DNA of 64,000 nucleotides from Planctomycetota bacterium (GTDB taxonomy: Bacteria > Planctomycetota > UBA1135 > UBA2386): the NCBI GenBank assembly GCA_965223545.1, contig OZ245006.1, positions 288,001 to 352,000 on the forward strand. The letters are read 5' to 3'. The notes beneath the pieces are model-generated. The model worked only from the letters and a program-made list of their open reading frames with translations. It was not told the origin of the DNA and did not search any database. Shown one piece after another: positions 59,737 to 64,000 of the stretch. The stretch's first letter is position 1, and every line of letters starts with the position of its first letter. Position numbers and translations under genes: made by a program.

Positions 59737-61254
59737 GTGGACAAACCAACCGCAGTCGGCGCCGGAATGCTGTGCGGCGTGCACGCGATTCCCGTGCGGG
59801 TCGAAGCGACCCTGCGCGGCAGCGGCACGCCGCGCATCCTCGGCAGCGTGGACACCGTGGTGCGCGAGGCCTACCACCGATTGCTGACCGCGTTCCCCGC
59901 CGACGGGCTGGAGCCACCGCGCGGCTGCCCGACGATCAACTTCTCGCCGGCGAACCTGCGCAAGACCGGCAGTGGGTTCGATCTGCCGATGGCATTGGCC
60001 CTGGCCGGCGCCGCCGGCCACTACCCGAGCGATCGCGCGGCGACCGTCACCGCGCTGGGTGAGCTGGGCCTGGACGGCGCGGTGCTGCCGGTGCGCGGGG
60101 CGGTGCCGGTGGCGATCGCCGCCGCCCGGACCGGCCGCCGCGACCTGTTGCTGGCCGAGCGCGACGCGCGGTTGGCCGCTCTGGTGCCGGGGGTCCGCGC
60201 CTTTGCCGTGGCGCGGCTGGCCCAGGCCATCGCCTGGCTGCGCGGGACCATCGACCTGTCGCCGGCCGAGCCGGCGGCGCCGCCCCCGCCAGCCGCGGTC
60301 GCCGACCTCGCCGACATCCGCGGTCACGAGACGGCGAAGACCGCGCTGCAGGTGGCGGCGGCGGGCAACCACAACACGCTGCTCGTCGGGCCACCCGGAT
60401 CGGGCAAGTCGGCGCTGCTGCGCCGGCTGCCCGGGCTGCTGCCCGCGGCCTCGCCGGGCGAGCAGCTGGAGATCATGGCGATCGGCTCGCTGCGCGCCGC
60501 CGACGGCTGCGCGCCGGCGGCGCAGCGGCCGGTGCGCTGCCCACACCACACCAGCAGCTTCGTCAGCCTGCTCGGCGGCGGCCCGGAGCTGCGCCCTGGC
60601 GAGGTCACCCTCGCGCATCGGGGCGTGCTGTTCCTCGACGAGCTGGCGGAGTTCCGCCGCGAGGCGCTCGAGGCCCTGCGGCAGCCACTCGAGGATGCAA
60701 AGGTCAGCGTCGGGCGGGCGCGCGGAGTGATCCAGATGCCGGCCGACTTCCTGTTCGTGGCGGCGATGAACCCGTGCCCGTGTGGCTACTGGGGACACCG
60801 CGGCCGCGCATGCGTGTGCGGGCCGTCGCAGCGGCGCCGCTACGCGGCGCGGATCTCGGGGCCGCTGCTCGACCGCCTCGACCTGCAGGTGGCGTTGCCG
60901 CAGCTGTCCGCCGCCGAGCTCGCCCAGCCGGCCGACGCGCGCTGGTCGACCGCCGCCCTCCGCGCGCCGATCGACACGGCGCGGGCGCGCCAGGCTGCGC
61001 GCTCACCCCGGTCGCCGGTGCCCAACAGCCGGCTTGGCGGCGAGCTGCTGGAGGCGGCCATCGGACCGGACCAGGCCACCCGGACACGCCTCGACGCCTT
61101 GGTGCGGCGGCACCACTTGTCCGGCCGCGCCCGGGAGCGCCTGCTGCGGGTGGCACGGACGGTCGCCGACCTCGACGACCGCGATACGGTCACGGTCGAG
61201 GATCTGCTCGCGGCGGCGCGCTTGCGGGGGCTGCATCACTCGCCGACCGAATGA
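59737..61254 (+). CDS. comM: YifB/ComM family Mg-chelatase-like AAA+ ATPase
   Basis: INFSPANLRKTGSGFDLP, GPPGSGKS, PHHT, LAHRGVLFLDE, AMNPCPCG, ISGPLLDRLD. Confidence 0.92.
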   Translation: MDKPTAVGAGMLCGVHAIPVRVEATLRGSGTPRILGSVDTVVREAYHRLLTAFPADGLEPPRGCPTINFSPANLRKTGSGFDLPMALALAGAAGHYPSDRAATVTALGELGLDGAVLPVRGAVPVAIAAARTGRRDLLLAERDARLAALVPGVRAFAVARLAQAIAWLRGTIDLSPAEPAAPPPPAAVADLADIRGHETAKTALQVAAAGNHNTLLVGPPGSGKSALLRRLPGLLPAASPGEQLEIMAIGSLRAADGCAPAAQRPVRCPHHTSSFVSLLGGGPELRPGEVTLAHRGVLFLDELAEFRREALEALRQPLEDAKVSVGRARGVIQMPADFLFVAAMNPCPCGYWGHRGRACVCGPSQRRRYAARISGPLLDRLDLQVALPQLSAAELAQPADARWSTAALRAPIDTARARQAARSPRSPVPNSRLGGELLEAAIGPDQATRTRLDALVRRHHLSGRARERLLRVARTVADLDDRDTVTVEDLLAAARLRGLHHSPTE

Positions 61255-61398
61255 GCGTCGGGAGCCGGCATCTTCGCGCGGCGGCAGCTGCTCCGTTAAG
61301 CCCTCTGCGCTCAGCGCGGCCGAGGCCGCAAACACAAACACGGAGCATTCCGCGACCCGAGCGTCGGTCGCGGGTCCCGCGGTCGCCGGCGGCCGCGC

Positions 61399-61516
61399 TG
61401 AGCCCGGAGGCCAGTGTTGTCTTCGAGCCTCCGGGAGTTGCGGTATCGAAGTCCCGGCGACGACGGGCCTTCCGAAAGGTTGTTGCCGCTCGAACATTCT
61501 CGGACCCGGAGGCTCA
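61399..61516. repeat. ~118-bp palindromic REP/MITE-like element, copy 2
   Basis: Same termini and internal motifs as 18671-18785; a perfect 17-bp inverted repeat spans 61388-61404 and 61511-61527. Confidence 0.75.
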
Positions 61517-63028
61517 GCGCGGCCGCCCGGGTGCGCTGGAGTCGCGAGCTCCGCTGCTGTCGCGGCGGGTGTCCTCGTTGGTTGCGGCCCCGGCCGCGAT
61601 GAGTGCATCCAAGGCCGCCGCTGGACCACCGACCAGTTCGGCGTCGCGCGCGGGCCGGAAGCCCTTTGGGTAGAGCTCGGCCGAGGTGCGGATGCGCTCG
61701 AAATCCCTGGCGAAGGCTTCGAACGCGTCGCGCGGGGCGTCGCAGCAGAACGCCATCGTCGCCTCGCCGACGCGGAACACCCAAACCTGGCAGCGGAAGC
61801 GGTGGTGCGCGCCCGCGCGGTCATCCTCGTAGTCGACGTCGATGCACACCGCCGGTCGGTCGCGGAGGGTGGTGACCCGCCGCCCCATCTCCTGCATCGC
61901 CGGGCGGACGTGCGCCAACCAACGCACGACCGTGTCCGCGGCTGACTCGAGCATCAGCTGGCGGTCGATCTGGTCGAACGCCAGCAGGCATGCGCTGACC
62001 CCGCGGCCGGGGACCTGGAGCAATACGCCGCCCGGCGGCGCGGTGGCGGCCTGCCACGCCGGGTTGGGCAACCACAGCGCGAAGCGGCCCTCGGCCTCGG
62101 CCGCCAGTGCCGACGGGTAGGTCGAGTCCTCGAACGCCATCAGGCGACGCACCGCCGCCTCCGAAGCGGCGACGGCCACGAGCTGGGCGCCGTTGACCTC
62201 GCGGCGCAGAACGCGCGCGGAGGCGTCGACCCATTCGGTGTTGCCGGTGGACGCCGGGCCCGGGGCGGTGCACAGCTCGACCACCGTGCGGCGCACGCCG
62301 TCGATCTCCACTTCGCGCCGGCTGGCCGGGTAGACCGCCCGCTCGACGAACTCCTCGCGTTCGGGCACGAACAAGCGCACCACGCGCTCGTCGCGGAGCT
62401 CACCGTGGTTCTGCCGCATCGCGGCGGCGACGATCAGCGGGAACTGCATGCCGGTCCGCCAGGGGTGGCGCCGGCGCTGCCGGGGGCGCGCCCCGTGCGA
62501 ATCGACCACGAGCTCGTCGCCGACCACTTCGCCGCGCACCAACCGCTCCTGCAGGACCCGGCCGTCCGCCGCCGTGCTGCGCTCGTGGTAGAAGCACGCC
62601 AGTGGCACCAAGTCGGCGCTGGCGGTCTCCAGAATCGTCACCGCGGTGGTGCGGGTGCCGTAGCGGAACTCCCACTCCTCGCCGATGCGCAGCAGCCCGT
62701 CCTCGGTCGCGGTCACGGTCGACTGCAATCTGCCGACGACGCGGCCCTCGGCGTCGTGCACCGCGAACCACTCATCGCGCGGATCCAGGGCGACCGGCAC
62801 GGGTGCCGCCGCCACCGGCGCGTCCGCCATCGACTCGATCCTCGCCCGGTCGAAGCCGACGACGGTGCCATCGGCCAACCGGAGCTCGATGTAGCCCTCG
62901 GTCTGCTGCTGGATCTCGCCCTCCAGCTCGCCCCCGCCAACCAGCTGCAGCAAGACGCGCGGCGGCGGATCCTGGGGAGCCGGCACGGCGGAGATCAACG
63001 CAACGGCCAAGAGCAGGGGGTTCGGCAT
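61514..63028 (-). CDS. Secreted hypothetical protein
   Basis: Signal peptide MPNPLLLAVALISA, LQLVGGGELEG N-domain, beta-rich body. Confidence 0.65.
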   Translation of the reverse strand: MPNPLLLAVALISAVPAPQDPPPRVLLQLVGGGELEGEIQQQTEGYIELRLADGTVVGFDRARIESMADAPVAAAPVPVALDPRDEWFAVHDAEGRVVGRLQSTVTATEDGLLRIGEEWEFRYGTRTTAVTILETASADLVPLACFYHERSTAADGRVLQERLVRGEVVGDELVVDSHGARPRQRRRHPWRTGMQFPLIVAAAMRQNHGELRDERVVRLFVPEREEFVERAVYPASRREVEIDGVRRTVVELCTAPGPASTGNTEWVDASARVLRREVNGAQLVAVAASEAAVRRLMAFEDSTYPSALAAEAEGRFALWLPNPAWQAATAPPGGVLLQVPGRGVSACLLAFDQIDRQLMLESAADTVVRWLAHVRPAMQEMGRRVTTLRDRPAVCIDVDYEDDRAGAHHRFRCQVWVFRVGEATMAFCCDAPRDAFEAFARDFERIRTSAELYPKGFRPARDAELVGGPAAALDALIAAGAATNEDTRRDSSGARDSSAPGRPR

Positions 63029-63148
63029 CACGGGGTCGTCGGGGGTCGATCCGGTCGAGACCAGAGGGGTCTCTGTTGTGTTCGACGTCAGCGACAGCCC
63101 CACTTGAGCGGGTTGGCGCCGGGGGACCCTGTCGGTGCCGCGCGATTC

Positions 63149-63493
63149 CTAACCGCGTGGCTCCGCCGGCCCCGAGTCCCGCGCGCACGCCGCCAACACC
63201 CAATCGAGATACGCCGGCGACCCGCCATCCACCGCGACCTCGACCACCTCGGGCACGTCGTACTCGTGCCACTCCCGCAGCTTCTCGCTCAGCTCCGCGA
63301 CACCGGAGCGCGCCACCTTGATCAGCAGCAGCATCTCGGCGTCGTCCTGGACGGCGCCTTGCCAACGGTAGATCGAACGTACGGGACCGACGAGGTTGAC
63401 GCACGCGGCAAGCCCGGCGTCGACCACGCGCCGCGCCAGATCGGGGGCTGCCGCGGGAGGCGCGGTACACAGCACCAGGGAAACGCCGGTCAC
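63149..63493 (-). CDS. cutA: Divalent-cation tolerance protein CutA
   Basis: LAACVN, SIYRWQG, HEYDVPEVV, YLDW. GTG overlaps the upstream stop. Confidence 0.92.
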   Translation of the reverse strand: MTGVSLVLCTAPPAAAPDLARRVVDAGLAACVNLVGPVRSIYRWQGAVQDDAEMLLLIKVARSGVAELSEKLREWHEYDVPEVVEVAVDGGSPAYLDWVLAACARDSGPAEPRG

Positions 63494-64000
63494 TTGCCCT
63501 TCCCCAAGCGGTCCGCGAGAGCGGGGTGCAAGCCCGCGCGCAGGATCTTCGCCTGCGTGGCCGGAATGTCGTACGGCACGCGGTGGAACTCCACGCGGTT
63601 GCCGTCGACGACGGCAAAGCACGCGCGGTTGTCACCGTCGCGCGGCTGCCCCACGCTGCCGACGTTGATGATCATCGGCTCGCCGGTGAGCTCGACCGAG
63701 CTGCACTCCGCGGTGGCGGCGGTGAAGCGGTAGTCGCTGCCGTGCACTCCGGGCCAGTGGGTATGGCCGACGAAACACGGCCGGTCGATCAGTGAAAACA
63801 GCTCGACCATCTTCTCGGGCTCGAGGAACACGTCGCTCTTCAGCACGTATTCCATGATCGGATCGCGGGGCGAGCCATGACAGTAGAGGTGGCCGTGCGC
63901 CTCCATCCGGACCGGCAGCGAGGCCAGGAAGTTCCACATCGCCTTGCGCTTGGGACTCCACCAGCTCGGCCGCAGGCGGCGGCGCGTGAACAACAGGGCC
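63490..64000 (-). CDS. Metallophosphoesterase (calcineurin-like), 5' end outside the window
   Basis: CHGSPR, FVGHTH, and INVGSVGQPRDGD. Confidence 0.88.
   Translation of the reverse strand, partial: ALLFTRRRLRPSWWSPKRKAMWNFLASLPVRMEAHGHLYCHGSPRDPIMEYVLKSDVFLEPEKMVELFSLIDRPCFVGHTHWPGVHGSDYRFTAATAECSSVELTGEPMIINVGSVGQPRDGDNRACFAVVDGNRVEFHRVPYDIPATQAKILRAGLHPALADRLGKGK

Overview
High-GC bacterial window, most likely from a Planctomycetota genome (PVC-type ribosomal protein L28, ECF sigma factor fused to a large extracytoplasmic tail, PQQ-like propeller, Kelch-repeat secreted protein). The main accessory feature is a ~15 kb hybrid PKS/NRPS cluster (3404-18628). It has two translationally coupled KS-AT-KR-ACP type I PKS genes followed by a sulfotransferase on the - strand, and an alpha/beta hydrolase plus a C-A-PCP-TE NRPS (Cys-like A-domain code) on the + strand. 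Directly downstream, an AAA_14/DUF4143 ATPase gene sits between perfect 31-bp direct repeats that duplicate the 3' end of the neighbouring gene, like an integrase-less cassette. That cassette carries a ~115-bp structured element that recurs 43 kb away (61399-61516); both copies begin exactly at a TGA stop codon. The rest is mostly housekeeping or envelope genes (gltP-like, two family-5 solute-binding proteins, tonB, cobB, flotillin/NfeD, moaA, rpmB, lgt, eboA/eboB, prfC, gnd, comM, cutA). It also holds a receiver-histidine kinase with a degenerate ATPase domain and a compositionally atypical beta-helix gene. No rRNA, tRNA, CRISPR array, transposase or integrase was recognised. All calls come from reading motifs by eye; no database searches were run.
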